A stretch of DNA of 64,000 nt, from positions 28,127-92,126 of the forward strand of contig ADNK01002523.1 of assembly GCA_000320545.1 (NCBI GenBank). Direction: 5' to 3'. Under the pieces are notes generated by a model that made no database searches, was not told the origin of the DNA, and saw only the letters and a list, made by a program, of their open reading frames with translations. Made by a program: the position numbers and the translations under genes. Numbering within the stretch: position 1 is the first letter of the stretch; each line of letters begins with the position of its first letter. This stretch comes from Bigelowiella natans CCMP2755. Lineage: Eukaryota > Protista > Cercozoa. Of this stretch, positions 41,616-55,593 are shown in pieces.

Positions 41616-44600
41616 CTACAAAAATTTGAGCCAAAACCACGAGTGGCTAAACATTTTGTCATCAGAATTCTCATCTTTGATGAGGCTTTTTCTCTTGATC
41701 ATCAATGGCAATGGGGAATGATCTGTCGAATTGCCCCACCCAGCACATGCACTAGGCTTCATTGGATCATTTGCATCATGAGCTTTCAACTCGTTGAGAT
41801 GTTCCAATTTCAGTTCAAAAGGTGATTGAAACTGATTCCCGAGCACTGGTTGACTCTGATATTGAATCCATTGCTTCATGAACAATCCATCTAGAGCATT
41901 TTGATCATGTTGACAGGAGGCTTGTATTGCAACATTTTGCAGAACTTTGAGCTTTTTCCTGGGAAGGAAATTGGCATTCCGCATCCAATTTTTAGCTTGT
42001 TCAACCCAGAACCCGCTATGACAACAATCTGAGTTAATGTAAAGTTTGCAGCCAGTTTGGAATGCATGAGATCGTCCAAATACGTCGATGATCTCGTCCA
42101 GAGTTATTGGGTGATCGTCGCACAGTTTCCAATCACCCGTATCTTCTAGGCCATGACCGCTGTAGAATAGCATCTTCACTCCCGTCCATTTTTGTTCATG
42201 ATCTCCTTCTCTGTGATTGAAGTATTGCCTGATGTCCTCGAGAATCTCACCTCGCGTTCTCCTACGTTTCTCGATACACACTTTATGCAAACGAATGTGC
42301 TTCCCTGCAAGAAATTCCTCCAATTTCCGAGCCATTGTCAATTCTTCTACTAAAATGGAGTCGCTATCTATTCCCTGGCCGTGATTCTCTGTCTCTTTTT
42401 GAATTAACAAGAAAGCACTACCACCTTCAACTTTCTGAGATGACTCAATACAAACCCTATGAGCATCGTTGAAGAACTCTTCAAAAATTCTACTAAGGTT
42501 TTCTGACAATTCTAGAATCCTCTCAGGTTTTCTCTTAATGAGAGCACTTTTGAGTGCCTCGACATCTACCACACACCGACGAAGTTTATGGCCCAAATTA
42601 CTGTATTTGGTTTCGAGTTTACTGCCTTGCTGTCTTGTCGAATGATTCTCATTTTTGTTTTCAACGATGTGCTCTTTCGATAAATCATTACTCAAACATT
42701 CCTTCAACATTTGCTGTTTGGCTCGAATTATTCCCAACTGGAGGTCCTGGAGGTCTCGATCCCGAATAGACCCCTTCGAAGATAATTTTTTTAAAAGCTT
42801 GTATTCTGGACTCTCTCCATAAGATACGGCTTGTGATACCATACTATCAAAATCCATTTGTGGCCAGTGCTGCAAATCCTTGCTAGTTTTCCAATCTGCT
42901 GTATTCCCTCTGTCGAAATAATTGACACATATATAACCCTCACCTTCGACGTCTTCAGGGTATTCGCTCCAAACTTGTTCAGCGATTTCTTGCGCAGAAA
43001 GAACCCTTCCCGGCCAATAACCTCCATCATACTCAATCCAAATTGGAATTCGACAAGGTTTAAACTCACTGTTTTGCACCAATGGCAGAAATTCCACAGA
43101 AATATCCTTATTTCTGTATTCATTATTTCTCATATCTGTGATCCTTTCGACTTCCCAATTCTTTATTTTATATTGATCCCCTCTATGAAAATCTGTAATA
43201 TACCAGCATCCTCTGTGACGATGAAAAATGGAGTCTTCGCCCTTTTTCTTGAATGCCAATAGCCCATCTAGACAACCATCAATGAGGACGTATATACCGT
43301 CGTATTTCTGACCAACAACTTCCTGTGGGCCGTATCTCTGACCAACAACTTTCAGAGCACCTTTCAATCTCTACAACATTATATTATTAGAGAATATTAG
43401 TTATTGGAGAATGTAAGCTAATAGACTACACCGATGTAATCTTTTTCAAATATTTTTAGTTCGGTTCTTTGCAGAAACATGAAGTAATTTGAATAAAGGA
43501 AAGAGCATACGACGTCAGAATACCGGGTTTGATTCTACAGAGAGTATCCCTTTAAATAACCCTATCCTTCGCATGAGCTCTGACTTTATGAAGAGTTCTG
43601 GCAAATCGGGACAGTCTCCGTTACTTCGAAGCTGCTTCGAAAGATCATCTATGGCATGTCCAATTTTATTGAGCTCCTGATGATAATCATAAAGTAAATC
43701 AAACCAAAACACGCCTCGAGATCATGTTTATAAGAAGCATGAATCTGAGTAACTTACCTCCCAACATTTGTACGCATCACTCGGTAAGTTGTCAAAGCTT
43801 ATTTTAAAGAGTACTTTGTCTAAATCTATTAACTTCAGGAGCTTAGTGCGAGTTGCCAGAAATTTTGTAGGACTCGCAAGGAAACCCCAAAGGTAAGGTT
43901 TAGATTGAGATTTTAATTTGGTGAGGTTTTTGCGCAGCTTTTTCATTTTCTTAAATTGCCCTTCCTTCTCCATCCAGGTTGCAACTATAAACTGTTTACT
44001 ATTTCTCTCGTCTTGAGACTGCACAACAGCAAGTCTTTCTTCATTATTGTGCCGACACGTGACAAGTTGGCCTGTAAAGTTCGGAATTATGCGTGTTAGT
44101 TCCTTTCTCGGTAGAATTACTGAACTTCTTTACGATCAAATTATCTCCTATGCTGCACATTGCAACTCAGATATCATATATCTCCAATTTCGATCCACAC
44201 ATTTCAACTTGCATCTTTACACTTCACAAATTATATATCATTACATAATTCACAACACTAGAGCAAGTTCATCAGGGATTGAAGAACATCCCGCACCTTT
44301 ACGGTAAACGCGGAGTTTTTGCTTGATATTCGATTTCTTCTTCTTCTTCTTCTTCTTTTTCTTCTTCCTGTCCTTCTTCCTCTTATCCTTTGTTCTCTTG
44401 TCCGTCTCCTTCTTTACCGACGGTGAATCACTCTCAGTTTTCTCATCTTCGGACACGTTTCCTGAAGCACCACCGTCTTGGTCCCCAAGATCATCTTCGG
44501 ATGCACTCTCTCTCACCAGACCCTTCTCTTGATACTCAGACATATTTTTTATTGGCGAACTCTCGTCTGGGTCGGGAAAATCATTTTCCGATGTACCCTC

Positions 44601-45361
44601 TCTTGGAAGACACTCCTCTTGATCATCAAGATCATCTTTGTGCATGTTTTCTGATGAAACGTCTCGGTCCCGTGCTCTCTCTCTCGCCACACTCTCTCTC
44701 AACAGATCATCTCTCGTTGGTACTGAAGAACAAAAAGTATTGGAAAATGCATTATGATTTGTGCCTTCGAGAATGATTTTCATGTGAGGAGGATCAGCTG
44801 TTGATGACTCCTTTTGATCCTCAGCATGATCTTCAGACTCCGATGGTAGATCCTCATCTTGCTCCATGAGATGCTCTTTGGAAGCACTTTCTTTCGATAG
44901 ACTTTCGTCTTGATCCTCAAGATCATCATTTCCTTTTGGCAGGCTTCCGTCTTGGTCCTTGTAATCGTCTTTGTGTACACTCTCTCTCGACAGATGACTC
45001 TCCTCTTGATCATGTTGAAGACTCTCGCTCTTTCGGGATTTTTTCATCTTTGTCTCATGAATATTGTCCAGTCTTTTCCGTTTCCCTCTCCTCTCGCCCT
45101 TTGTTATCATAGTTGTCATTGTCATCGTTTTGTTGGAATCATTGAAATGTGCCGTGCTTGACCCGAACATGTGGTGTGCATGTGCATGTGTGTGTGCAAG
45201 TGTGTGTGGCAACGCAATACTTTGAGAAGCTTGTCAATGAGGTCATCCTTCATTATGCAGCCTTTGACCAAAATTTTCTTCTCCTTCATCATTGCCAAGA
45301 GCTCCCTCACCCCCTTAGACTCGTAATTCTTGCGAAGGTCATCATCATCATTGAAATCCAT
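41616..45361 (-). CDS. Multidomain protein: SAP-like N-terminus, acidic region, Tudor-like, PWWP and caspase-like (C14-fold) peptidase
   Basis: VRELLAMMKEKKILVKGCIMKDDLIDKLL (SAP-like); VYRKG|QLVTCRH (in-frame splice 44296-44072); IWIEYDGGYWPGRV...VNYFD (PWWP); MLFYSGHG...INSDCCHSG (His/Cys dyad). The joining of the 5' exons is inferred. Confidence 0.65.
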
Positions 45362-45951
45362 GGGAAGCTTTGGCTAGAGCTCGTAACTCTATAGTTTGAG
45401 TTCTGAAAGTTGTGCTTACACAGCTTGAAGCATCCACAATGCAACACAGGATGTGAACGAGCGAATGAATACGATGACACTAGATCTAGGTCTCAGCAAA
45501 AAAGTTCCGTTTCATGAAGAAGACAGCGAAGAAACCGACGCTCTGACACGCGATATTTTGGGCCGAAAATATTATCATTCGAAAAGACCGAGTTTTCTTG
45601 GTAAATCCGAGGAGAAGATGTTAGCAAGATGGCATTTTGGTGAAGTCCTAGTAAGAAATCCGACTCGGAATACAAAGACTGATTGACTTCGGACTTCTTC
45701 GACATCGTCGACATCGTCGACACAGTGGTGGCGATCTTCTACCTAAAAAACTTGAATTGGGATGTCGCATGTAAAAATTACGTGTCTTTTAGCGACTCTA
45801 CGATTTCAAAGTTACGGTAACTTACCGGTACGCAATTTGTCCTGAATTTGAGCAATGACCACGCGTAGAGGGATGTGATCCAGCAACTCAAGTGTGCCCC
45901 TAGTCTGTTCGCAGATTTCACTTGAAGGTTGCTCCTACCGCACAATTATTA

Positions 45952-46808
45952 CGTCCATGTCTGCATGTTCTGCCTCGGCGTGTTTGTGTTTTCTCGTGAG
46001 TTCGGAGAATTGTTTGTGGGTTCGAAGAATTTCGAAGGACTGGAGGATTGTGTGCGAGTTCGAAGTTGTGAGCTCAAAGCATCGTGGTGTGTGCTTTTGT
46101 GTGAACACCAAGTGTCTCTAATTTCAGTGGAATTTCCATGCCTTCTTTGTGCTAGCAATCATGCTAGTTTCATCTTCATGAATCTTGAGATGAAATCCGG
46201 AGTGATTGACTTGACAGACTCCGAAGTCAAAGGTCAAAGCACACACATCCCCTCTCGCGGCGCAATTCGAAATCACCGGAAATGTTTCTCCATTCCTGCT
46301 GAAATGGATGAAGTTGCACTTTGCTCACATTTTGACACATGGAACTTTTTCATCTCTTTCCTCTCCTCTTCCCAATCCGATCACACGACATCACGACATC
46401 GCTGTCTAGCTAGAAGTCATGTCTGGATGTGCCGTGCCTAGCAACTAGAAATCAGCCTCATCCAAGCTTGGCATCGGCTCGTCCACTGTGCATGTTGCTG
46501 CTGATCGACAGCCCTATTGCTGTTGGAATCAACGTCAGATGCATCTAGCATGGCCAGAATCCAGCGAGTAGCTGCCTGCACACATCTAGACAGACGACAT
46601 GTGTGCCACGTGCCATGCTGATCAGATGGACTGGACAATGCGCAGAGAGCATGTTAGCATGAAGTTAGCTAGCTAGTGCTTGCACAGTGCTCGTAGTGCG
46701 TAGCAGCACATGCACATGACAGCGGGCTTAGGCTTCACTGATGATGGACAACAAATGCATCACATCGCATCATTGGCTGCCCAAAGCTAGGCTAGCTAGG
46801 CCTGCAAG
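45952..46808. other. TpA-eroded tract: possible plus-strand F-box/LRR-like remnant followed by a CTAG-rich spacer
   Basis: All ~21 TpA are preceded by C or followed by G. The fragments CLWVRRISKDWRIV and GVIDLTDSEV are only weakly F-box/LRR-like. Confidence 0.55.
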
Positions 46809-47153
46809 TATACAAGAAGACAATCGAAATTTTTGAATGTCGTCATTGTCTCGCTAGAGACTAGCATGCACACTTGCTGTGCTAGCTTTGCTCTCGACGA
46901 TGCACACACATGAGAGCAAGAGACCAAGACAAGCCGGCACTTCGTTGATTCTAGGATTGCATGCATGCATGCATGCGCATCGCAAGCCTCAGTATATCAG
47001 CTCAAAAGCTGAAGAGATTAAAAAAAAAAGTATTTCATGATGGGGGTGTCTGTAACCATATGATGTCGCAATGATGTTGCAATTAAGATCCACAGCGGGA
47101 CAGATGCATCGCCAGACTAACTATCTTGACAAATGATCCTGATGTCTAAATAA

Positions 47154-49524
47154 TTAGTCGTATTTTTCAGCCTCTTGTGGGTCCACGGATACCTCCTTCG
47201 ATTCGAGTACATTTTCCACCACGACTTCGACGGACACGTCTTCCTTGTCCTCCTCAGGATATCCCAGAATTGCTTCTCTCTCTTGCGCTTGTTCTCTATA
47301 CTCCCTCTTGCGCTCCTCACGATATTTCTTCCATTCTTCCCGCATGAGCCGCATCTCTTTTGCCTCTCCGGAAAGATTAGAGTCCCTGATCTTTTTGTCC
47401 TCCTTCTCAAACTTACTCCAGTAGCCGCCGTCCTTCAAATTCCCGACAATCTCCTCTATGTTCTTTTTAGACAGAATGCTAGGTGGTCGTGGGCGCCAGA
47501 GAATTTGATAAAAATCTTTTTGGTTTACGCTTACGAGCTCATCTCCTTGGTTATTCCAGAGTTTGTAACCATTTTCCATGGCGGCGAAACGGAAATCCTG
47601 ATCTTTAACCTCTTGAGGGTAAGGTTGTGTAACAGCTGTGATTACATAGCGGCCAGATGGATCCCATTGGACATCTTGGCACCTGAAATGGTGCCTGACA
47701 GCCAAGCTGGTCTTCGTATTGATGTCCAGAAATTCCAAGGCTCCAGTGTCCCCAAGACCACCGGCGAGGAGCAAGGTGCGGCCATAAGGTGCCCAAAATA
47801 GCTTAGTGCACAATCTCTTCTCAAAGACAGCTATTTTTTTTAGCTTAGTTCCTTGCAGCGAGTAGATAGAGACATGGAATCTTGGAGGACTACCCTGCTT
47901 CGCATCACCATGAGCGATAGCAATGCATGCACCATGTGGCTCCCAAGCAACATCAACAACCAGGTCATCCATCTCTAAGACTTCAACCGGAATATTCTTC
48001 GATCGCATGCGTAGGAATTCAAACGAATATTTCTCAGTTTTCTTTGACACTTGTGCGCAAAGCTGTGCGCAGAGAAAGTCTCCTTGCGGATGCCAGTGAA
48101 GTCTGAGTCCATCTTCTTTGTTTTTTGTTTTCTGTTTCACGTGGAAGAAGTGGCGTTCTCTTATTTTCTTTTTGGAGGGAATTTCGATTATCTGCAAATA
48201 AGCAGGTTGGCCTCCTGATTCTGGAACCCAAGTAGCAATGAAAGGATTGGAGGGAGAGAAGGCTGCTGTCTGAACTCCTTTGATGGCCATGGATTTCTTA
48301 TCCAGCAGTGTCACTCCGTTCGGCACGTTATAGACACTAATTTTATCTTGCCATGCACGACAAACATATTTATCATCCGAAGACCATCGGAACACTGGCC
48401 AATGGATATAAGGATTAATGGCGAATGAACGCAACTTCTTTTCAGTGTCTATGTTCCATATGATAATCTCATCATGTTTGCGAGCCTCCCTGCAGGTCAC
48501 TAAGAAATTCTCCTTCGGAGAGAAGTCGATTCGTGCCACATCTTCGTGAATATATTTACCCACTTGTGAAAAGTCTTGAGCGCCCCAGAGCACAATTCCC
48601 TTTAGGTGGAACGTCGCAAAGTACGAACCCCTTGGAGACCATTTGACTTTACTCTGTGTCCATACTTTTTTCTGTGCTTTCTCCCGCTCGCCCCCGTAGG
48701 CCAATTGGCGACCGGAGGTGGTTTTGTGGCCGGCAGGGTCGTTCCAGAATATTTTGGTTTCTCTTGCAAACCTCATCACGAATTGGTCTCTTACCTTCTC
48801 ATCCATCATCCATGAGAGGTAGTTTGGTCTATCTTTGATCACTGGCTTTGGTTTCGGCGTGTAAACATCGGGAACCCTTTCATACTCAACAACTTTAGAG
48901 AGAAGTGTGGTCGTGAACACATAGCCTTTGCTAAATGTAAACCCACTCAAAGCTCTACAAGCAGCTGCGGCGGATGCGGCATCTTTGTAAAAGGCAAATC
49001 CACATCCTACCGTTGACCCATCTGCATCTACACTCAACTCAAAATTTTCTAGATTCTTATTACGGAGCTTCTTCATGGCAAAACCCTTGAGCTTTGCGAA
49101 CTTGGACTTTGGGGCCTTTGGTAAGCCTGTCAAGAAACGCACTTCAGTGCTAATCGGTAGAAATATTCGAATTTTGCTTATTACCTTCAATGACCACTAC
49201 TTTCGAGAGATCAACATTGAGTTTTATTGACTGTATTAAAATCAATGTTCAGAATTATTTAGTGTTGCTCCATTCAATCTTCAATCATATATTACGTCGC
49301 GTTTTCTCTCAGCGCCCTCGCACTCCGCTTTATAACTTTTGTACTCCTCATTCAATCCGCTACATTTATCCTGACTCTCTTTCCGCTTCTCCTCTGAGAT
49401 CACAAGCAAATAATGTTTCAACTAGTGTTTCCCACGACTCAGTAAACGTTGAATATTTACCTAGCTCTCGAAGCCTGGATTCCAAATCCGCAATTTCAGC
49501 TTCAAGTTTGTCCGGGTCGTCCAT
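47154..49524 (-). CDS. EIF3B: Translation initiation factor eIF3 subunit B (PRT1); 3 introns near the 5' end
   Basis: RRM VVVIEG|LPKAPKSKFAKL, beta-propeller WSPRGSYFATFHLKGIVLWG, WDPSGRYV, ENGYKLW, WRPRPPSIL. Confidence 0.95.
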
Positions 49525-50299
49525 GGTTGTTGATGTCCTTTCGCCTCTACCTTTGTTTACTCCTTTAGAAAATAAATACAAAAATCTCATTAATCCCAGC
49601 AATATATTCGTGTATGCATGGCTAGACTCTCCCAGTCCTGGCGAACTTTCCCCATCAAAACTACAAATGTCCGTCGACTCAATTTTACTGAAACCATGCT
49701 GTTATTTTGTCAGAGGCCACATACGTTTTTAGGGAATGTATCCCCTTCATCTCCCTCTTAGTAACAGTTATCACACAACCTTATAGGCAATATAATCCGA
49801 GATTGGGCTTGTGAAATAAGAACCAGGGGGGGACCGATCGACAATTACGCCTGGCCTGGGTGCGCAAGGCTTAATGCTGTGATTGAGGTCATTCTCATCC
49901 CTACGACATACAAGGTCGTTGTCGCTAAATTCAAAATCCAAAGATGCTCCGACCCGCGTTCAATGCTGCGGGCCAAATAATTGTGGAGAACTAGTATGTG
50001 CGGTATACAATTTCTCATGTCGTAGATATAAAACACAAACCTGTTGAAGCTCCTATTGCTTCCAACACTCAGCATACTGTTGATAAAATTCGAAATACTG
50101 ATATCGTAAATATAATACATTTTATGTATGCGATATCATTTTTAGGGTTTATTTGAATAAAACTACCTTTAGTGCTCAGTCTCATCCAGTTTACAGGAAC
50201 TGAGCAACAAGAGACTGGCAAATGTTAGACCTTGAAATTCACCGAGTGGATTTCCCAAAGGATTGAACCCCTTGTGTTTTTTATTGAAAACCTACTATA

Positions 50300-51500
50300 C
50301 TGATGACGCAAGATCACAATATTAGGATACTTTGATAAAAAGCATCAAGAAAATATTTTTAGCCCGGTTGTGTACCTTGAGAGAAGGAATGAGTTCAATC
50401 GAAAGCTCTGTGAATCTCGGGCTGAAGAGGAACAAACTTTTGAATTTTGAAATTTAGAAGAGCAAGCATTGCCTGCGCCACTGGTTGGTCCCTCTTATTA
50501 GGGAGGGCGCACCTATGTCGGAGCATCATGAAGCTCACTTCAATGCCTATCAAGGGTATATCGGGCATTTATTAAACAAAATTGTTGAACACTAACAACG
50601 TCTCCTCTTAGATTAAGTTGCTATTTTTGTGCAACGGCTATCGCTGCGCTTGCAATCGGAGCGACCGGCGTTGCCCTAGCAACAAATGAATATGAGGTCA
50701 TTCATTAGAATCAGAATTCCCATAAATGTAAGTTATAAACATTCTTCCTTCCGACTTAGAATTGCACAAAGGCAAGCGAGTATCTACTCTTCGGTGCGAC
50801 GTGGTATGGCCTTTCTTTCGCTTCTGCTTGCCAACGCTATCAGCTTTGCTCCAAAACAAAATTGCATAATTAATCTGATTAATCTTTTCTATGCAGCACA
50901 TTAATTGATGGAGCATTTTCGCTCCTTCTTGGATGCGCGATCAATCGTCTGATGGAAGGATCATGGTGAAATATTTTGTCTCATCTCGAGCTGAAACACC
51001 AACCACTCACTCACAATTTAGGTCTGCATGCTGGATGCTGTCATGCCTGTCTATCTACGGAGCCATAATTATGACCAAGTTTATTCTACTTTGTCTGGAC
51101 ACAGCAATGGTGTTTGGAAGTGATTCAACGGTAGGAAAAGGAAAATGTGCGTTTTGAAGATTATCCTATTTCATGAACCAATTGTCCTCCTCAGACATGT
51201 AACGACATAAGCTTCCAGCGATACTATGTCATTGCTCAGCTGTAAGTTCCATATGGATTCTAAGTTTGTCATCTATAGCTTCTTAAAATGATTCAAATCA
51301 TGCTTGTGCACAGGGCTCTTTTTGGATTCGAAATATTCATTGGTTTTGGCTATGCAATGGTGTGTTTTTATATCATACGTCAAGCATATCTGCTGAACCG
51401 TTGTAACTTTAGAGACTTGGCTTGGAGGATGCAGTAGAAGAAGCTTTATACCACATGGGGTATAATTGTGACAAAATAGCCATTTCAACGCGTTCCTTCG
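50300..51500 (+). CDS. Possible small multi-exon membrane-protein gene; boundaries uncertain
   Basis: Short GT-AG-bounded hydrophobic exons: FCATAIAALAIGATGVALAT, FSLLLGCAINRLMEGSW|SACWMLSCLSIYGAIIM. Confidence 0.35.
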
Positions 51501-52506
51501 TTATTTGATTGGTGCGCGGAATTTACTTTACGTGCTCATTCAATAAATCAGGTTTAGAGATATTAGCGAGGGCGTTCCCAAGAAAAAGGACACCTTGTTA
51601 GTATAGTGTATTATGGGTGCAAAGTCCAATGTATATTTTGGCCAGATAAGTTGAGACGAGGGAGGTGTAACTGTGTACGCTTGAGTCTCACTCGCTCCGC
51701 ATGATAATGCAACGTATGCACCAGAAATATTGCCTGTATTCATAACAATATACAAAGACGTACAACCCATTCCTTACTAAAGCCACGAAAGGACAATAGA
51801 TGTCGGGTTTTGGTCCTCGATCTAATAACCAATTTACGCATGCAAAAGTGCTAGCCTATCGGCGGGAGCATGACATCTACGCGTGACCGATCGCGTAGCT
51901 AGCATGTCTGTATTACGTGACTGTTAGATCGAGCTCTTCTGGTATGCATCGCATGTATTTTTAACCAAGCAACATACGTGGGGGGCAGACAAGGCGCAAG
52001 CTACTGTTACACATGCAGCGTACTAGCGTGTAATGCGCAATAAATGAATTACACATGTAGCGGGGTGCCCAAGGGCTGCCATCCACATAACACCAATAGC
52101 GCAGGAACTATGTTTTAACTAATTTACACTAGTACAGTATGTGTGTATAAATTTATGAAAAACGTACGCAATAAGTCTAGCTTGCAGCGAAGCATGTAGT
52201 TGGCTTATTGCCTCATTGCGTACGTCTTTCATCGCGCAGCGATCAAGTTTTGATTAAGTTCTAGCCCACGTTGATTCAGTACACAGATTAATGTGAATGC
52301 ACATTCCCACTGCTCTATGCACATGTTAGCTAATATGAGTTTACTGCTGGATGCTGGTATTTGCACGTGTTTTGGTTGATCAGCTCCATCAAACTCTATA
52401 ACAGCGTACTAAACGACAACATGATAGTATACAGCAATTAAAAGTTATTCGCTGCGCGTTTCTTAGAATCATTCATTGTACCTTTTATTATTCGAAATTA
52501 CGATCT

Positions 52507-53725
52507 TCATACATGAGAGTCCCAAAACTCGCAAGCCTCTTGACGGCCCATACAACTAATTGTCAGAATTTCAATGTTACTTGCTGAAAAAATTGCTGCA
52601 AAATTTAAAATCTTTCCTCCGTCTACTCCATTCTCACTCCTCCCATTACTACTACTACTACTACTACTACTACTACCACTATCACCACCAGTCCACAGCA
52701 TTACTTATATGTCGTATATACCTCTCAGTGAGCATCGACTCCGGAGTGTATGGAGCGCGTTTGGGCTCGAGAATGATATTCATTTCAGATCCCTCTTCAA
52801 ACACAGGCCATGCAAATCCCTCTCCACCATAGCAACTCACATCGTCATCACCACCACCACCACTATCACTATCACTATCACTGACGAAGCTGCTCTTAGT
52901 CCTGCAATTCGGGTTGCCCGTCGCGCCCATATTCGTCCAGAATCGGCCCATAGTGAGGGCAAATGCAGCCTCCTTTTTCGAGTAATAGCAGGAAAGATTA
53001 TCGTAAGAAACTCCATAAAATGTGATTTTGTCACCGCATAATAATTTCAAACTTTCTGTCTCATATTCGGACATTTCATGACTTCTTCCTACAAATGAAA
53101 ACGCCTTGAACAAGGGAAGAAATTCCAGCCATGATATGTTGTTCATACGATAACAGTTGCCACATGTAGTACAACTATTGGTTCTTTCGCATACGACTCG
53201 ATGCTGCTATCAATTATCGTTCCCAATTTGAAATACCCCAACCTTCTTGTTGAAGTGGCAGCCAAGACAGCTTGGACTATATCCAGCCCATCCTGGTTCG
53301 CTAAATATCGGCATGAAAGAGAGAAAGAAAGAAAGGGACAATTGCTCATCATGTTGTCTTGACGATGCACTCCTACAACCGACAGACCACTACTATATCA
53401 TTGAGCGAATAATACTACCTGCAATTGCTATATCCAATGTTCATGTAGATCGGTTTGCCAAAAACGAATGTCACTTCATCCTAACAAAATAATGGTAGTT
53501 GAAAATCACGAAGTATCTACGATCTATCCTAGTTTTTATTATTGGATTCCCCCATTTCGAATTGGTATGCAGTTAGTTTCTTCTTGGTGATGAGGTGAGG
53601 GGGGAGGGGGTACAAAGAAATCGATCGTTCATCCTCCTACACTCGCCCTTCCTCCGGCATAACAGAACGAAGATCATAAGCTATTATTGTTGTTTTTGCG
53701 GTTTGCGAATTCCATATGTATATAG

Positions 53726-53758
<33 letters not shown>

Positions 53759-55553
53759 CAAACATATATATATATATATATTTATTTATTTATTCATTCA
53801 TTTATTTATTCATTCATTTATTTATGTGTGTGTGTGTGTGTGTGTGTGTGCAGCCCGTTTGGGATGAAAACAGTTGGTATTGCGCCAGTACTCAATGGCG
53901 CTCCCCCGCTTTCTACCTGATGAACACTTCCCAGCTCAGAGTCATGGTAATTGGCAACAGCCTGCATGTACATACGCAAATATAGCAAGGAATACCGACA
54001 TCGATCGATATGAGTTCACAACAATAGCAAGGAATACCGACATCGATCGATATGAGTTCACAACAATTAGTGAAGGGAGGAAGGTTAGGGTGGGCAACAC
54101 CGGAGTATAATAATATATACCATTGTAGTCATTTACACATAATCTTAATAAAAGTAAGCGTTTCTGTTCAATGTGCCCCTCTCCCCACCCCTTCCCCCCC
54201 CCCTTTCTCTCCATCCCATCGATTCCCATGATCATTAATACCGTGCAGGTCTCATTGCTTTGAAACCAATAGTTATAACGGTATAGGAACACTCTTCCTT
54301 TCCCCGCTCGCGCATACATGCGGACCAGCTAACAAGAATGGGGAGGGGGGGGTGAGACTATACAACATAGTGTGTGCTGCGCAAGCGAAGAAACATAGAT
54401 CCCGACAAAATAATGGGGTCTGCAGCGTAGCTAGGAACGCTAACTAGTATTATGCTGCTATTTCTGTCAGATATCAGATATATGTTGCCATGGAGATGAT
54501 TGGTTATCGTCTGTTGTGCTACTACTAGCTAGCATGTTAAAAGCAGGATTGTTCGGTTGTGCGTGTGTGGTGATTGATTAGTTGATTCATTAACCCGCTT
54601 GGTTGCACACAGTTCTTTATCTGATTGCAGCCATCCCAATACCGGGGTATTGTCCTGCTTCGAGAGAAGGAAACAATAGTCAACAACATGTATATAGTGT
54701 TGTGTGACGAGTAGGCCCAAAATCACAGAACGCTCTCATTTCTAACAGCTTAACACTTCCAGATTTGCGGCACAATTCCTTTTGGTGTGACTTTCTTCGA
54801 TATTCTCGAGCAAAATACAATAGTAACAAAGCCAACCTCTGGATCATCAAGTGGGGGGTACATCTCTAGCGCCCTTTTTGCTGCAGTAGCCCTTTCAGAC
54901 GATTTGAACATTGAGCGAACCAGCTTTATGTACGACTTCCTGTCAAGCTGTTTGACGACGAAAAGCACACAATAATGCCAACAATACTCTCGTCATCGTG
55001 AGGAATCATGGAACCATGTATTACGAATATATAGGATATAAGTAGTACCGATTGATAGGACTGTCTGGTGAAAAGGTACGAGTCATTTGTATTCATACCG
55101 TACATTATGTGTACGTCATTGACTCGTCCCTCCTCCAGCATCTTTTTGGGGGATTCTGGAATAAGGATTCTGAGAACAAGAAAGGCAATAAACATTAAGA
55201 GGGAAATAAAACGCATGCGTGAAATCTCTGCATGGATATTTATGTTTATAATACACATATTTGTACCCGTCGATGACGGCTCCAAAACTTAGACCAATGC
55301 AGTAATTGGGCGTGATGCAATTTGCAGCCTTGGAAGAGGATGAGGAGGAGGTAAAGAAAAGTAGCAAACAATAGGAAGACGATCAGAAATAAGATAAGGT
55401 CAAATATAAACAGAAAATAAATTCAAAAAGTTGTTTTAGTAAAAATAAAAAGAAGAACGTTGGATGTGAAGCAAAATTATCGGTGTTTTTGATGAGATGG
55501 AACATAATTCTGGATTTAATGGTGGATGATGATGATGATAATGATGATCATTT

Positions 55554-55593
<40 letters not shown>

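Noticed and set aside
41100-46450. The PWWP/caspase locus as a DNA transposon or viral insert
   Set aside because: No terminal inverted repeats, TSD, transposase or viral hallmark gene was seen, and the gene has spliceosomal introns.
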